From: Octopus bimaculoides | Taxonomy: Eukaryota | Direction: 5' to 3' | Length of the DNA: 64,000 nucleotides | Assembly (NCBI RefSeq): GCF_001194135.2 | Contig: NC_068997.1 | Location: 1,424,559-1,488,558, forward strand | Part shown: positions 1 through 12,200 of the stretch, piece after piece | How positions within the stretch are numbered: position 1 is the first letter of the stretch | How the letters are laid out: the number at the start of each line of letters is the position of its first letter | Notes under the pieces: model-generated | Seen by the model: the letters and a program-made list of their open reading frames with translations, nothing else | Database searches by the model: none | What the model was told of the DNA's origin: nothing | Program-made: the position numbers and the translations under genes

Positions 1-297
1 TTTCTCATGTAAGTTAATATTAGTACTACATAATCCACTGAAGATGTTAGGGTGAGATTTGAAGGAGATTTAGCTGTATATCTAGCTGCTGAGCGACTCT
101 ATGCAAACTTTTCCCAGAAGCCTTTAAGTGTGAGAGGTGTACACTGTGTCAAAGTAAGCAACGGTCTGCCAAAAGAAACCATGCCATTTACAAATTAAAC
201 TTCCTCTTAGTTGTAATATCAGCAGTAGCAGACTTGATGCTACTTTGGAAATGATATTTCTTTTTCACTGATTACACATTCTATTTCAATAAACCTC

Positions 298-321
298 GGG
301 TTAGGGTTAGGGTTAGGGTTA
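298..321 (+). repeat. Short interstitial telomere-like tract, (TTAGGG)3 with partial flanking units
   Basis: Read directly: ggg ttaggg ttaggg ttaggg tta. Confidence 0.85.
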
Positions 322-336
322 TACAACATATTTTTT

Positions 337-373
337 GCGTATGCTATGCTATGCTATGCTATGCTATGCTATG

Positions 374-428
<55 letters not shown>

Positions 429-812
429 CCTACCTACCTACCTATCTATCTATCTACCTATCTACCTATCTACCTTCCTACCTGTCTATGTATGTATGTA
501 TGTATGTATGTATGTATGTATNNNNNNNNNNNNNNNNNNNNNNNNNNNNNNNNNNNNNNNNNNNNNNNNNNNNNNNNNNNNNNNNNNNNNNNNNNNNNNN
601 NNNNNNNNNNNNNNNNNNNNNNNNNNNNNNNNNNNNNNNNNNNNNNNNNNNNNNNNNNNNNNNNNNNNNNNNNNNNNNNNNNNNNNNNNNNNNNNNNNNN
701 NNNNNNNNNNNTGTATCTATCTATCTATCTATCTACCTACCTACCTACCTACCTACCTACCTACCTACCTATCTATCTACCTACCTATCTATCTATCTAT
801 CTATCTATCTAT
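337..812. repeat. Compound microsatellite (ATGCT)n-(TATC)n-(TACC)n-(TATG)n spanning an N gap
   Basis: Seen directly. It accounts for the three overlapping YLSI-type ORFs at 335-1031. Confidence 0.95.
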
Positions 813-1336
813 CTCAGTAGTAAACTTACTTTGTGTGTTTTTGCCTTTTTATGTGACATGTGTGAATATATCTGTTTCAGCCTATACATAAATACTTATA
901 TTAAAACTTCATGCATAAACATTCCTTATGTTTTCTTTCGACACAGAAGATGGGTTTTAAATGTCATTATCAACGTAAGACAATATTCACAATCTCTATA
1001 TACTTTGGTGCTTTACACGAAAATTCAATAAACAAGATGTACACTCAATATGATTCAGTTTTGTGAAACCTTATAATGCTAAACCAACAACGACACAAAG
1101 AAAATCATACATGAAGCAACAACGAAACCTAAAAAAGTAATTATATTATTGAAAAGTGAGATTGTTGGAACCTATTCTACCTCAAGTTTTTCCGTCTATC
1201 AGAATAAATGTGAACCGGAGACACGAAAATAGGACATATTAATGTATTTTAAACTGAGTTTGTCGGCGGATGTGAAAGAAGCGTGTCAATTGCGAGGATC
1301 GAACGCATACCTTGGTGACATTAGAGAACTTAAAAG

Positions 1337-1492
1337 TCTGAGTTCAAATTCCGCCGAGGTTGACTTTACCTTTCATCCTTTCGGGGTCGATAAATTAAAT
1401 ACCAGTTACGCACTAGGGTAGACTTAATCCCTTTGTCTGTCATTGTTTGTCCCCTCTATGTTTATCCCATTTTGGGCAATAAAGAAATAAGA
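1337..1492 (+). mobile_element. SINE family B copy, 5'-truncated
   Basis: Core ctgagttcaaattccgccgaggttgactttacctttcatcctttcggggtcgataaa recurs about 10 times in the window. Confidence 0.8.
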
Positions 1493-1679
1493 AACATTTA
1501 GCATATTTATAGCCTTTTGAAATTTTGCTGACATATTGCTTAGGTGTTAATGGTGGTGCGACTGCTGCCGCTACCGCGACCACCACCATTAAGTTAGTTG
1601 ACTACACATACCATTACTAATCCTGTACTGTGCGGTTCCTTGATTGGCTCCGAGTGTGTTACCCCACCACTCTATTGGA

Positions 1680-1797
1680 TGTGGGGGTTAAGGCGATTAC
1701 ATAGACCCCAGTGCTCAAGTGCTATTTATTTTATCGACCCGGAGTGTATGAAAGGCAAAATTGATTTTGGCGGAATTTGAACACAAAACGTAAAGAT
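1680..1797 (-). mobile_element. SINE family B copy, degenerate
   Basis: Reverse complement of the same core: tgaaaggcaaaattgattttggcggaatttgaacac. Confidence 0.7.
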
Positions 1798-1995
1798 CCC
1801 CCCACCCTGCTACCAATATATTTAAGGATGATATAATGTTTGCTTTGGAAAACGTTGTTTAGTCAGTTACGTTCATTCCTCGCAATATATTTCCAGTCCC
1901 TGTTTAATCTCCTACTGGGATGTGAAACTAAAATATCTTGATTGTAATAATAGATTGTTGATAAAGTACACACTGTTTCCCAAAGGTTTACTATC

Positions 1996-2801
1996 ATGAC
2001 CATCAATTCCTCGAGAGATGCCAAAAGAATGCTAAAAACACCAACACGAAATATATTCGTAACGGTTTATTTAAAAGAGAAAATGGATGAGGAAATTATC
2101 TTCAGATCAGTAGACAGTGGACAGAAGATACTTCCAAGCCGAAATGCTGATGTAGACCAAGCAACAACCCATCAGTGGCTGAGGGGCTCAGGACAGAAAG
2201 CAGAGACTGAAGGTTTCATGTTGGTAGCACATGATCAAAGCTTGCTTACAAAAAACTACCAGGCCAAAGTTCTTCAAAACGGTTCTGACTCTAAATGCAG
2301 ATTCTGCGATAAATTTGATGAAACAATAGACCTTCTCGTCTCGGGATGTCCTGTGCTGATTCCAAACGAATACACAATGGCCACCATAGGGTAAGACGGT
2401 ATTTACATTGGAAAATATCTAAACACTACAAAATCAGCATTACTGAATATCACCCTGAGCCAGTCGTTGAAAGTAAAAATGTCACTATCCTCTGGGATTT
2501 TCCACTCAACTTCAACAGAACGATCCAGGCTAATCGACCAGCCATAGTCATTAAAGGCACAGGAGAAAATATTTGTAGACTAATAGATATAAGCGTCCCC
2601 ACTGATGAAAATATATCCGTAAAGGAATTTGACAAATTAAGCAAATATGAGGACCTGGAAATTGTAGGTGCCCCATGTATGACAAGAAAGGGATGTCAGA
2701 AACATGTAGATAACATGTCAGGTGAACCATGTCTCAGTGAAATCCAAAAGATTGAGTTGACAACTGCTGCCCACAACCTTAGAAAAACCCTACCAATTTA
2801 G
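1996..2801 (+). mobile_element. 3' part of a non-LTR retrotransposon with CCHC finger and restriction-like endonuclease (R4/Dong-like), frameshifted
   Basis: ORFs 1996-2394 and 2346-2801 give KAETEGF..CRFC..DETIDLLVSGCP..RYLHW..ILWDF..NRP.IV..LIDISVP..K..KY.DL. This matches the known C-terminal architecture of REL-endonuclease LINEs. Frameshift near 2385. Confidence 0.85.
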
Positions 2802-2974
2802 ATGTATGTGTTGTATAACATGAAGATATTTCTTTACTGCCCCTGACACTTGCCCTTCCCAAGCTTTCAGACACACTATAATATCTCTTATCCTTTACTC
2901 GCTCTAGAACGCTGGGTGTGTCTCAGCGAGTGGTTGTAACACGCAGATTAAAAGTAAATAATAATGATGATAAT

Positions 2975-3180
2975 ATTTTCTGCTGGAGGCCCAAGATTTT
3001 GGGGGAGGGGAGTAGTCAATTAAATAGACCCCAACGTCTAACTGTTACTTAATTTATCAACCCCGAAAGAATGAAAGGCAAAGTTGACCTCTGTGGAATT
3101 TGAACTCAGAACGTAGTGGCAGGCAAAATAAAACTAAGCATTTCGCCCGGCGTGCTAACGATTCTGCCAGCTCGCCGCTT
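2975..3180 (-). mobile_element. SINE family B copy
   Basis: gaaaggcaaagttgacctctgtggaatttgaactcagaacg...cgattctgccagctcgccgc; includes the tRNA-like head on the minus strand. Confidence 0.85.
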
Positions 3181-3190
3181 TAATGATAAC

Positions 3191-3235
<45 letters not shown>

Positions 3236-3305
3236 TATAATAATAATAATGATGATGACGATGATGATGATGTTGATGATGATGATGATATTGATGATGA
3301 TGATG

Positions 3306-3365
<60 letters not shown>

Positions 3366-3366
3366 T
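3181..3366. repeat. (AAT)n/(GAT)n compound trinucleotide microsatellite
   Basis: Seen directly. Source of the poly-N/D/I/Y ORFs. Confidence 0.95.
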
Positions 3367-4303
3367 GTAAATATTGCAACGTATATTCCCATTCATATAT
3401 AAGGTGAAAGTACGATGCATCATCAGGAATATTCTCATCTTCATCATCATTAGCGTCATTTACATAATTGTTTATAGCTGATATTTCTGTAGCAACGTAT
3501 GTAATTTCTACTAAAATCTCTCCAGCACCATGCCGTGTAATAATAGACTTTATCATCACTAACACTTCGATCGTCATCAAATCTGCAGTTCGATGATTGA
3601 TTGGTGAACCGATAGACACGAATCAATAACCTTAATATTTCCTTTGCTGAATCCTACATTTTAAGTATTTACATTGATGACAGCTATGTCAATAATATTT
3701 CCCCCCATAGTAGCAATATTTCCGATCGACCAGCTGGGAGAAAACATTAAAATACACTTATAACACACTTTGCATACCGAATACAGCTAAATGACTGAAT
3801 CTCTGTGGAGTGCGTGCGTACGTGCACATACATAAACTCATACATACATACATACATACATACATGTACATATATATATATATATATATACACACACGAT
3901 CTTCCTTTTCCATCAATAAAGAGCAGAGTGATATTACAAGATGGTTTCCTCTAATCCGGATGGATTTTACTTGCTAAACGCTAAGCAATCTATTTTTCTA
4001 TTTGGTTTTACATGTGGTTGCTGAAGAATGTCTGTTTAGAACCAAAGTTACCAAAGCTCTTAGAATCCCGTCATGTTTCATTATTTGTACAATCTTTTCA
4101 TGCAGTTGACGTAAATGTCCACCTTGTTGATCTGTACTCTGTACACAGATGATGAGTTAAATGGTAAAATCAATTTGACATGCTGAAGTTTAAACAAACT
4201 AAATATTGAAACGACTTTAATCCTTCAGTGCTTCTACATATTTAATAGACCTCAAACAGATGGTTATTCACTTTGAGGCGTTTCTGTTCTTGTTATACAA
4301 CAG

Positions 4304-4457
4304 GACATCGTGACGTTTCGGTTCTTGCTATAAAGCAGGATATTCATTACAATTTATCTCTAATGGCTCCATCAGCTAAAGCCAATCTGCACCAGAACGT
4401 CCCCGTCAAGGGTGAAAGCCTGGACATGGGTTCCTTTTGGTTTATTTTTCGATTTAT
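4304..4457 (+). other. Candidate exon of unknown product (possible ORF MAPSAKANLHQNVPVKGESLDMGSFWFIFRF from ATG 4363)
   Basis: Acceptor tttctgttcttgttatacaacag, donor gtaaga, and one open frame. No recognisable homology. Confidence 0.3.
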
Positions 4458-4643
4458 GTAAGACCAGCACTTTTCCCATGCGATATATATTTGCTCTCCG
4501 TTCCACAATCGTTAGAACAGATGTACCTGACTACCACTGTCACCGCGGAGAAATAGCATCAATAATTTGTTCAACTCATCAACAATTTCATCAAACTGTG
4601 GCCTCGACTGTTATTTTTTATCCCGACCCAAGTGAAATACAGA

Positions 4644-5003
4644 CAGGCGCAGGAATGACTGTGTGGTTCCGGGCTCAGTGTCTTCTGGCAAGTGTCTTTT
4701 ACTATAGCCTCGAGCCGACCAAAGTCTTGTGAGTGGATTTGGTAGACGGAAACTGAAAGATACCCGTCGTATATATATGTATGTATGTGTACATGTTTGT
4801 GTGTCTGTGTTTGCTCCCCTACCATCGCTTGACAACCGATGCTGGTACGTTTACGTCTCCGTCACTTAGCAATTGAGCAAAAGAGAATGATAGAATAAGT
4901 ACTAGGTTTACAAAGAATAAGTACTTGGATCGATTTGCTTGACTAACGACGGTGCTCCAGCATGGTCGCGGTCAAATGACCGAAACAAATAAATGAATAA
5001 AAG
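4644..5003 (+). mobile_element. SINE family A copy (tRNA-derived, internal microsatellite)
   Basis: ggcgcaggaatgactgtgtgg...ggcaagtgtct..tactatagcctcg..ccgaccaaag..gtgagtggatttggtagacggaaactgaaaga...cagcatgg..gc.gtcaaatgac.gaaac; matches 10032-10527. Confidence 0.85.
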
Positions 5004-5216
5004 AATATATATGTATAAATGTGTATATTATATATGTATAAATGCATGTTTATGTGTTATATATCTATATGTATAAATGTATGTGTGTGTGTGTATATCA
5101 GTATATATTTATATATATGGTATATTCCGTTAAAATGTGGCAGAGTACAATATAAAGCTTGTGCACTTCCAGAATTACCCTGTGCTCTCTGTTAGTAGTA
5201 TTATACATACTTCCAG

Positions 5217-5284
5217 GTTTACATTTGGACATTCGTTGTGTGAATATGAAATTGAAGGAATTGGAGCCAATACGAAGGAGTATG
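5217..5284 (+). other. Candidate exon of unknown product (FTFGHSLCEYEIEGIGANTKEY)
   Basis: Acceptor tacatacttccag, donor gttaga. Phase-compatible with 4304-4457. No recognisable homology. Confidence 0.25.
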
Positions 5285-5546
5285 GTTAGACATTCATTCT
5301 TTAATCGTTGCAATTGTTTCCATGCAGTGTAGTTCTCCATGAATACAGGTACTTAATGCAACTGTTTCTTTACACAATGAGATCTTGTGTTTCCTCAGGT
5401 AATATGTGAGGGTTGTCTCTGTCAGTTTAAAATTGTCAACTTCAAGGCTATCTCCTCTGTCCGTCTTGGTTTGAATTCAGTAGTAGCTGATTTTCTCATG
5501 GTGTGTGCTTTGTATGGTAGTAAGATTTGAAGTATACTAACTTGAT

Positions 5547-5810
5547 ATGACCTCTGCTATTAAAAACTCTCAGGGCTCCACTATAGGAAGTGTTGGTATT
5601 CTCCTGTCTCCAAGAGCATTGCTCTCTGTTCAGAAAATATCTGACCACATAATTGTTGCCAAGCTGAATAGTAACCCTCAAACCACATTCATTGTGTGTT
5701 ACTACCCAACTAATGCAAGTGATGAGAAACTTGCAGATGACTTCTACTCCGAGCTGAAGGGAGTAATGGAAAGTGTCCCTTCCCACAATAGAGGGATGAT
5801 GCTCCTATAA
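5547..5810 (+). mobile_element. LINE apurinic-like endonuclease fragment (probably RTE-like)
   Basis: Translation GSVGILLSPRA..KISDHIIVAKLNSNP..IVCYYPTN.SDE...DDFYSEL...ESVPSHN is typical of the LINE EEP endonuclease. Confidence 0.8.
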
Positions 5811-6879
5811 CAAGGAGACTAACTGGAACAGGTAAAACTGATTGATTTTGCTCACAAGTTCCAACTTCAGATTGCAAACACAAGCATTTGTGAATAAGAT
5901 TCAGATGTATATATATATGTATGTATGTATGTATGTATGACTCTCTCTCTCTCTNNNNNNNNNNNNNNNNNNNNNNNNNNNNNNNNNNNNNNNNNNNNNN
6001 NNNNNNNNNNNNNNNNNNTATATATATATATATTTATACATATATACATACACACACACACACACACACTCACACACAACATGCTTCCACATAGTTTTCA
6101 GACATTTAGACCGAAGGTGCTCTGCAGTGTAACTAAACTGAAAACTATGTGGTATGAAACCTCACACCCATATCTAAGTTGTTTAGTCACTGATCATCCT
6201 GTCTATTATTCAGTCAAAGTATATCTTTTGTTAAAGATTGTAGGATGTGGTCTGAGGGAGAGATGATGGCTATATCTAGGAGGTCAAATGACTGTGTAGA
6301 GGCTCTTGGCTTGTAACTTATGTCGACACATTATGTGTGGTGTAGCTTATTTTAATTTGTACTCATTTTAAATTAATTTTTTCATTATTATTATCATTTA
6401 TCTCCATTTTGATGGTATGAATGAAATCATGTGAAATTGTTTTTAAATTACTATAATTACTCCAGTGTAATGTCTAATAAAAATAGATCTGGCTTTATTT
6501 GATTAAATTGCTAGAAAATTCTGACTATTCATGCCATAGACTCTACTATTAACCACATTCTCTCAATAAACACTTTGCACATGTGTTAACCTCATTAAAT
6601 GATTTGCAGCTAGTCAGTGACAAACATTCTCTTTTCTATACATTCAACACTAGAAGTCAATAGTTACATAAATTTATTATTGGGGGTGGGGGAATCCAAC
6701 CTTGTGTGAGTCTTTAGCAATATTATTTTATTTTATTTTATTTTTTTTTGTTGTGCTTTTATGAACAAAGCTTTTACTGGTTATACGTTTCTAATGCGTC
6801 TGTTGTTGGTTTAGTGCAGTTTTGATAATGAGGGTAATAGAAAATGCATGGTGGGACAATTTTTTACAAAGATTGTTTA

Positions 6880-7306
6880 AGCTTAACACTTAAAAGAAAA
6901 GAAGAGAGTCTTGACATTTTGGACACTAGTCCTTCATCAGAAGATAAGTGTAGAGGTTTTGGAAAAGTGGTTATAGGTGGAGGCATGGGTGGGGGATGTG
7001 AAGAGTTAGTGGCCAGGTGGGAATGCAGTTTTATGGAGTGTGGGGTTAGGACAGAAAGAGGGGCAGGAGATACATGCATGGGAGTGTACCTGGGTAATGA
7101 AATAGACATAAGGTGGCAGGTGTGAATGTGGATTTCTTTCGTTCGAAAACAGTATGTGTGTAGAGGTGTGTAAGTGTAGTAGCGTAAGACAGTGGGGTGT
7201 TGGTGTGTATGTGTAATTGTATTGTGTATGAGGAAAGTGTAGAAGTGAGGAGGTGGCATAAGGTGCAAGTATGAGGTGAAAGGGAAGGCAAGACAGATGT
7301 AGAAGT

Positions 7307-7350
<44 letters not shown>

Positions 7351-7380
7351 AGGTATGGATTGGAGACGCTGTTGGGAACC
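6880..7380 (-). mobile_element. Penelope-like element terminal repeat (pLTR) relic with degenerate hammerhead motif
   Basis: Minus strand reads tctt-CTGATGA-aGGAC-tagt-GTCC-aAAAtGTC-aaga at 6944-6909, within a CA/CT-rich repeat-like tract. Confidence 0.55.
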
Positions 7381-7599
7381 ATATTATTTTCTTAGATCTA
7401 TTTTTAAAATAGACCTAGGAAAATGATATGGTTTTCCCCACTTTTTTTTCTCCCTAAATGTTCAAACTAATGTAGGTGAGAAATTGTCTCTTTTATATAA
7501 GCATTTCCTAGTAAACCACAAATACAGGAAGATTTTTGACAGATGTTTGATTGAAATATCACATGGCTGGCCCAATATGAAGAAAATTATTACTTGTAA

Positions 7600-8060
7600 G
7601 CATCACAGAGAGGCCACTCTCAGTTGTAACTCTTGAGAACTTGAAGCTTGCCCACTTGACTAGGCATGTATGATAAACTCCATCATCTATGAGGTAGTCA
7701 CAGCAACACTTCAAGATAACCTTACTGAAAAGAAAAATTACATTGGTTTATGTGAAGGTAATTTCAAAAGACATTATGCAAACCTCCTACCTTTTTTTTG
7801 GCACCTCAACAAAAGTAAAAATCACTAAGTTGGCTAGCCATGTATGGGGTTTGAAGACCAACGACACACCACATACAATCAAGTGGAGAATTGTAGAGAA
7901 ATTCATGCCATGTGTAAATTGATCTAAGAAATGCAGCTTATGCATGACTCATAGATCGCACATTATTTTAGATCTAAGAATTCTGCCACACTACTTAATT
8001 ACAGATCTGAAATTTTCAACAAATTCAAGCATATGGACAAATTTCTTTTAGTAAACTGTA
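7600..8060 (+). mobile_element. Penelope-like element GIY-YIG endonuclease relic
   Basis: Degenerate translation IGLCEGNFKRHY..TKLASHVWGLK..TIKWRIVEK..KKCSLC..LLNYRSEIFNKFKHMDKFLL matches the Penelope endonuclease C-terminus. Confidence 0.8.
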
Positions 8061-8724
8061 AGACACCTCTCTCCCTGGATTGAGCAGCTGTCTCACAGAT
8101 TTTGAACCCCTCTCCTTTGAATTATTCTACAACGAGGTTAGTTATGGTTTTTCCAGTCAAAGGGGATGTAACTCTTTTTTCTTTTCTTGCTCTTTCTGTT
8201 TTTATTCACCTTGCCATTTTTTGCATCAATCTTCTTGTTTTTTTCCCTCATGATTTCTCATACACCAGCATCTTGATTTCCTGGGGGCTTGGAATTATGT
8301 GATAGTTGTAATGTTGTCAGATGGAGTGTGCAAAAAGTCAAGAATATGCAACCAGTAGTGGATGCATACAAGCGTTATCATAAATCCAACTTCAACCTTC
8401 AGAGTGGAGAGTTTCCTGTATCTTTTGTACTCCATCTAAATCTGTTCTGTAAATATATATATGCTTGTACATGAATGCTCATCTACTGAATATTTTCAGC
8501 GTTTGTTTCTCTCTATTATATATCAAGCTCAAACATGTTTATTTCAAACATCATCTCTTTCTCTCTATGTTTTCAACTCGACAAAGACAGGAAGGCTGTT
8601 GAAATATTGTTCAAACCAATACAATATCTATTGCAATCACATTGCATTCTTCGTATTGTCTACTACTACTATTATTATTATTATTATTATTATTGTTGTT
8701 GTTGTTATTTATTGCTTGTGCACT

Positions 8725-9050
8725 TTCCCTACATGGCACCTTGGACAAGTGCCTTCTACTGTAGCCTCAGGCTGACCAAACTCTTGTGAGTGGATTTGGT
8801 AGGTGGAAACTGAAAGAAGCCCATTGTGTGTGTATGTGTGTCTTTGTGTTTGTCTTTGTCCCTCACCACCACTTGACAACCAGTGTTGGTGTGTGAATTC
8901 CCTGTAACTTAGTGGTTCGTCAAAAGAGACCAAGAGAATAAGTACTAGGCTTAAAAAGAAAATAAGTACTGGGGTCAGTTAGTTCAACTAAAATTCCTCA
9001 AGGCAGTGCCCAAGAATGGCCGCAGTCTAATGACTGAAACGAGTAAAAGA
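8725..9050 (+). mobile_element. SINE family A copy, 5'-truncated
   Basis: ttggacaagtgccttctactgtagcctcaggctgaccaaa..gtgagtggatttggtag..gaaactgaaagaagccc; same body as 10032. Confidence 0.8.
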
Positions 9051-9252
9051 TAAATATTAATAATTTCATTTTAACCAAAAGTTATATTGTTGTACAAATA
9101 AATTATAGAATCTGCTAATGTATATATGTCCTGATTTTCCTTATGTAACCTCTGTACTGAGTTTTAAAATTATTGTCTTATTTGTATTATGAGATATGAC
9201 TCCATCTAAAAATAATTGTATTGATGTGGATTTCTTTTTGCCAACATACTAA

Positions 9253-9563
9253 ACGTTAAACGTCACCCTTTCAAAGCCTAGCCAGGCTCATGGGCCCAGT
9301 TTCCCGGTTTCTATGGTGTATGTGCCCCCCCCCAGCTGGACAGGACGCCAGTCCATCGCAGCATTACTCAAGAAACAGGAAGAAAGAGTGAGAGAAAGTT
9401 GGGGTGAAAGAGTACAACAGGGGTCGCCACCACCCCCTGCCGGAGCCTCCTGGAGCTTATGTGTTTTTGCTCAATAAACACTCACAATGCCTGGTCTGGG
9501 AATCGAAACCGCGATCCGCCAACCACAAGTTCGCTGCCCTAACCACTGGGCCATTGCGTCTCC
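9253..9563 (-). mobile_element. SINE family C copy (tRNA-derived head)
   Basis: Minus strand starts ggagacgcaatggcccagtggttagggcagcg...ggtttcgattcccagacc, with A- and B-box-like motifs. Body shared with 13735-14110. Confidence 0.85.
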
Positions 9564-10031
9564 TTGCCAACATACTAGGACAAGATATGTAGGGAGCAAT
9601 GAATGCAGTAGTTGAATTGACTTAGTTGTCTGCTACATTAGTTATTTCTACCATCTTCCTACTTGTGCAATTCAGAATGTATAAAATCTATGTTACAGAG
9701 ATTGTTTTTCATTATCTAAGTACAGGTGATTTTGTTTCTAGCAGAAATTCAAAATGCAGAAACTGGTGTAATTATACAGACAAGCTGTTATAATCAGATT
9801 AAACTAGAATAATGATCTTCCTTCATAATAAGTATAAACATGAATATATTCTTGGATGTTTACTTATAAATGTACATGTTTATGTTTGAATGATCCTGCT
9901 TTATTAATAAACTAGTTTAAAAGCTACACTCAGTACAGACTTTTAAGTTAGTTTGTGTTGAGGGCTAATTGGGCCCGTAGCCCAAAACTAAATAGAGCTA
10001 AATACCATGATTATATGTCTATAATGACTAT

Positions 10032-10267
10032 AGGCACAGGAGTGGCTGTGTGGTAAGTAGCTTGCTTACCAACCACATGGTTCCGGGTTCATTCCCACTG
10101 TGTGGCATCGTAGGCAAGTGTCTTCTACTATAGCCTCGGGCCGACCAAAGCCTTGTGAGTGGATTTGGTAGACAGAAACTGAAAGAAGCTCGTCGTATAT
10201 ATNNNNNNNNNNNNNNNNNNNNNNNNNNNNNNNNNNNNNNNNNNNNNNNNNNNNNNNNNNNNNNNNN

Positions 10268-10318
<51 letters not shown>

Positions 10319-10527
10319 TTGTGTGTCTGTGTTTGTCCCCCCAATATCGCTTGACAACTGATGGTGGTGTGTTTACGTCCCTGTAACTTAGCGGTTCGGC
10401 AAAAGGGACCAATAGAATAAGTACTAGGCTTCCAAAGAATAAGTCCTGGGGTTGATTTGCTCGACTAAAGGTGGTGCTCCAGCATGGCCGCAGTCAAATG
10501 ACTGAAACAAGTAAAAGAGTAAAGAGT
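10032..10527 (+). mobile_element. SINE family A copy, near full length, internal (TA)n/(TG)n interrupted by a gap
   Basis: ggcacaggagtggctgtgtggtaagtagcttgcttaccaaccacatggttccgggttcattcccactg...gaaacaagtaaaagagtaaagag. Confidence 0.9.
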
Positions 10528-11000
10528 ATATGCTCCAGTGACGTTTGATCAGTGGTTAAGGATGGAAGAGAATTAATTCTGTAATGCAATCACTCTATTG
10601 TTTCAGTCCCAAGTTGAATTCCAACTGTTGGCCAATTTGTCCCTAAGTTCTTATCTTGACATAAAATTAATGAAGCAAATGTCATTTATCTCCCCCTCGA
10701 TCCCTGATGTCATCTGACAAACACCAACCAAGATGGCGTGAATCAGCCAAGCTTTACCTGCTAGAAATAGCAACCCAAATGCTTTTAAATCAGATCCCAA
10801 TGCTGGATGTTCAAGAATCAAATGAAGGGCAGATTTTCAATCTCAGTATCATCCTGATTCCAAAAAGATATAATATGTTTATGTACAGCAAATGTAGACT
10901 GAGATACAGGGGTCCTAGACAGACAGAATTTCGTGTTTGTTATTATAGATTGTTTATTAGTGCGAGTGAGGCTGTGTGGTTTATAAAGCTATGCCTGTTA

Positions 11001-11730
11001 TATGAGGGGGTACCCAAAAGAAACTGGAATTTTGCATTCACTTAGTTTTACATGTTTACACTTTAATTGCTTTCAAAGTATTCTCCATTTGAAGCAATGC
11101 ATCAGCCCAAACATGTTTTCCACTGTTTGAAGCAGTGATGGAACTCTTGCAAAGTCATGCCTTTTAATACCTCTGTCGTTTCTTTCTTCACCTCTTCCAT
11201 ATCTAAAAATTCCATAGCACCAGCTTTTGTCACCAGTGATGGCCTTCAGAGAAAGATATGGACCAACTTCCAACTGTTCTTTCAGTTCACGACATGCATT
11301 CAGTCATGACTGCTTTTGATCTTCTGTGAGCAAGCAAGGCACAAATTTTGCCGCAACTCTTTTCATTCACAATTCGTCACTCAAAATTATTGGCTGGAGC
11401 TCCAGGACACACAAGTCATATCAACAAGTTTGTCAATTGTCTGGTGATGGTCACCCTGAATGAGGTTGGTCTTCAAGTGACAAGTGACCTTTCCTAAAGC
11501 ATGAAAACCACTAGTGAACTTGTGTTTAGTTTATGACAGTAGCCTTGTAAGCTGTTTGAAGCAAACATGACAATTGTTTTGACTGCCATTTTCCTCAGCA
11601 GAAAACAATTTCACAGAAGAACGCTGTTCCTCCATTTCAGCCATCACAAAAATTGACCAGCAGGGGAAAAGCACCACAAAACAAAAATGCACTACATGGC
11701 AGTATGACCTAACACGACACTACCGGTCAG
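11001..11730 (-). mobile_element. Internally deleted mariner-type transposon relic
   Basis: End tatgagggggtacccaaaa. Minus strand retains an N-terminal MEEQR..WFSCFRKG..LEDQPHSG..AKFVP.LLTEDQK segment joined to a C-terminal CFKQWK..NGEYFE segment. Confidence 0.7.
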
Positions 11731-11767
11731 CAGACTGATGCCTGAGGGTCACATCAAGTGGCTTCTA

Positions 11768-12200
11768 GGTGCAGGCATAGCTGTGTAGTTAAGAAGCTCA
11801 CTTTGCAATCATGTGCTTTTGGGTTCAGTCAGCATCTTGGACAAGTGTCTTCTACTACAGATGCAGGTCAACTAATGCTTGTGAGGAAATTTGATAGATA
11901 GAAGTTATGTGAAAGTCCATTGTGTGTGTGTGTTTGTCTGAAGGTTGGCAACAGAAAAGGCATGAGGCTGTAAAAATTACATGTGCATGTGTGTGTATGT
12001 CTCTTTGTGTTTGTCCCCCCATCCATCGCTTGATAACTGGCATTCATTTGTTTGTATTTCTGTAACTTAGCTGTTCAACAGAAGAGACCAGAAAGACCAA
12101 ACTTTATGAAAATAAGTACTGGGATTGATTTGTTTGACTAAACCCTAAGGCAGTGCGCCAGCTTGGATGCAGTTGTCCGATAGCTGAAACAAATAATAAA
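11768..12200 (+). mobile_element. SINE family A copy, degenerate
   Basis: ggtgcaggcatagctgtgtagttaagaagc...ttggacaagtgtcttctactac...ccatcgcttgataactgg. Confidence 0.7.

Noticed and set aside
335-1031. Long ORFs rich in YLSI/MYVC, and similar IYIY, CVCV, SLSL, ERER and poly-I/N ORFs throughout the window
   Set aside because: They are translations of microsatellites and N gaps, with no coding signal.
3155-3619. 154-aa minus-strand ORF with an acidic patch
   Set aside because: Nearly half is the (AAT)n repeat. The remainder has no recognisable motif or consistent splice sites.
4527-4607. Minus-strand peptide SRPQFDEIVDELNKLL resembling a protein kinase C-terminal helix
   Set aside because: The acceptor is A-rich without a pyrimidine tract, the donor is weak, and no other kinase subdomain (HRD, DFG, APE, CW) was found in the window.
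8418-8426. GTATCTTTT, a U12-like donor after a short open frame
   Set aside because: No matching U12 branch site or homologous exon could be paired with it.
9490-9563. tRNA-like sequences with A and B boxes (also near 14040-14110 and 10035-10100)
   Set aside because: They are SINE heads: they continue into shared repeat bodies and lack a complete cloverleaf.
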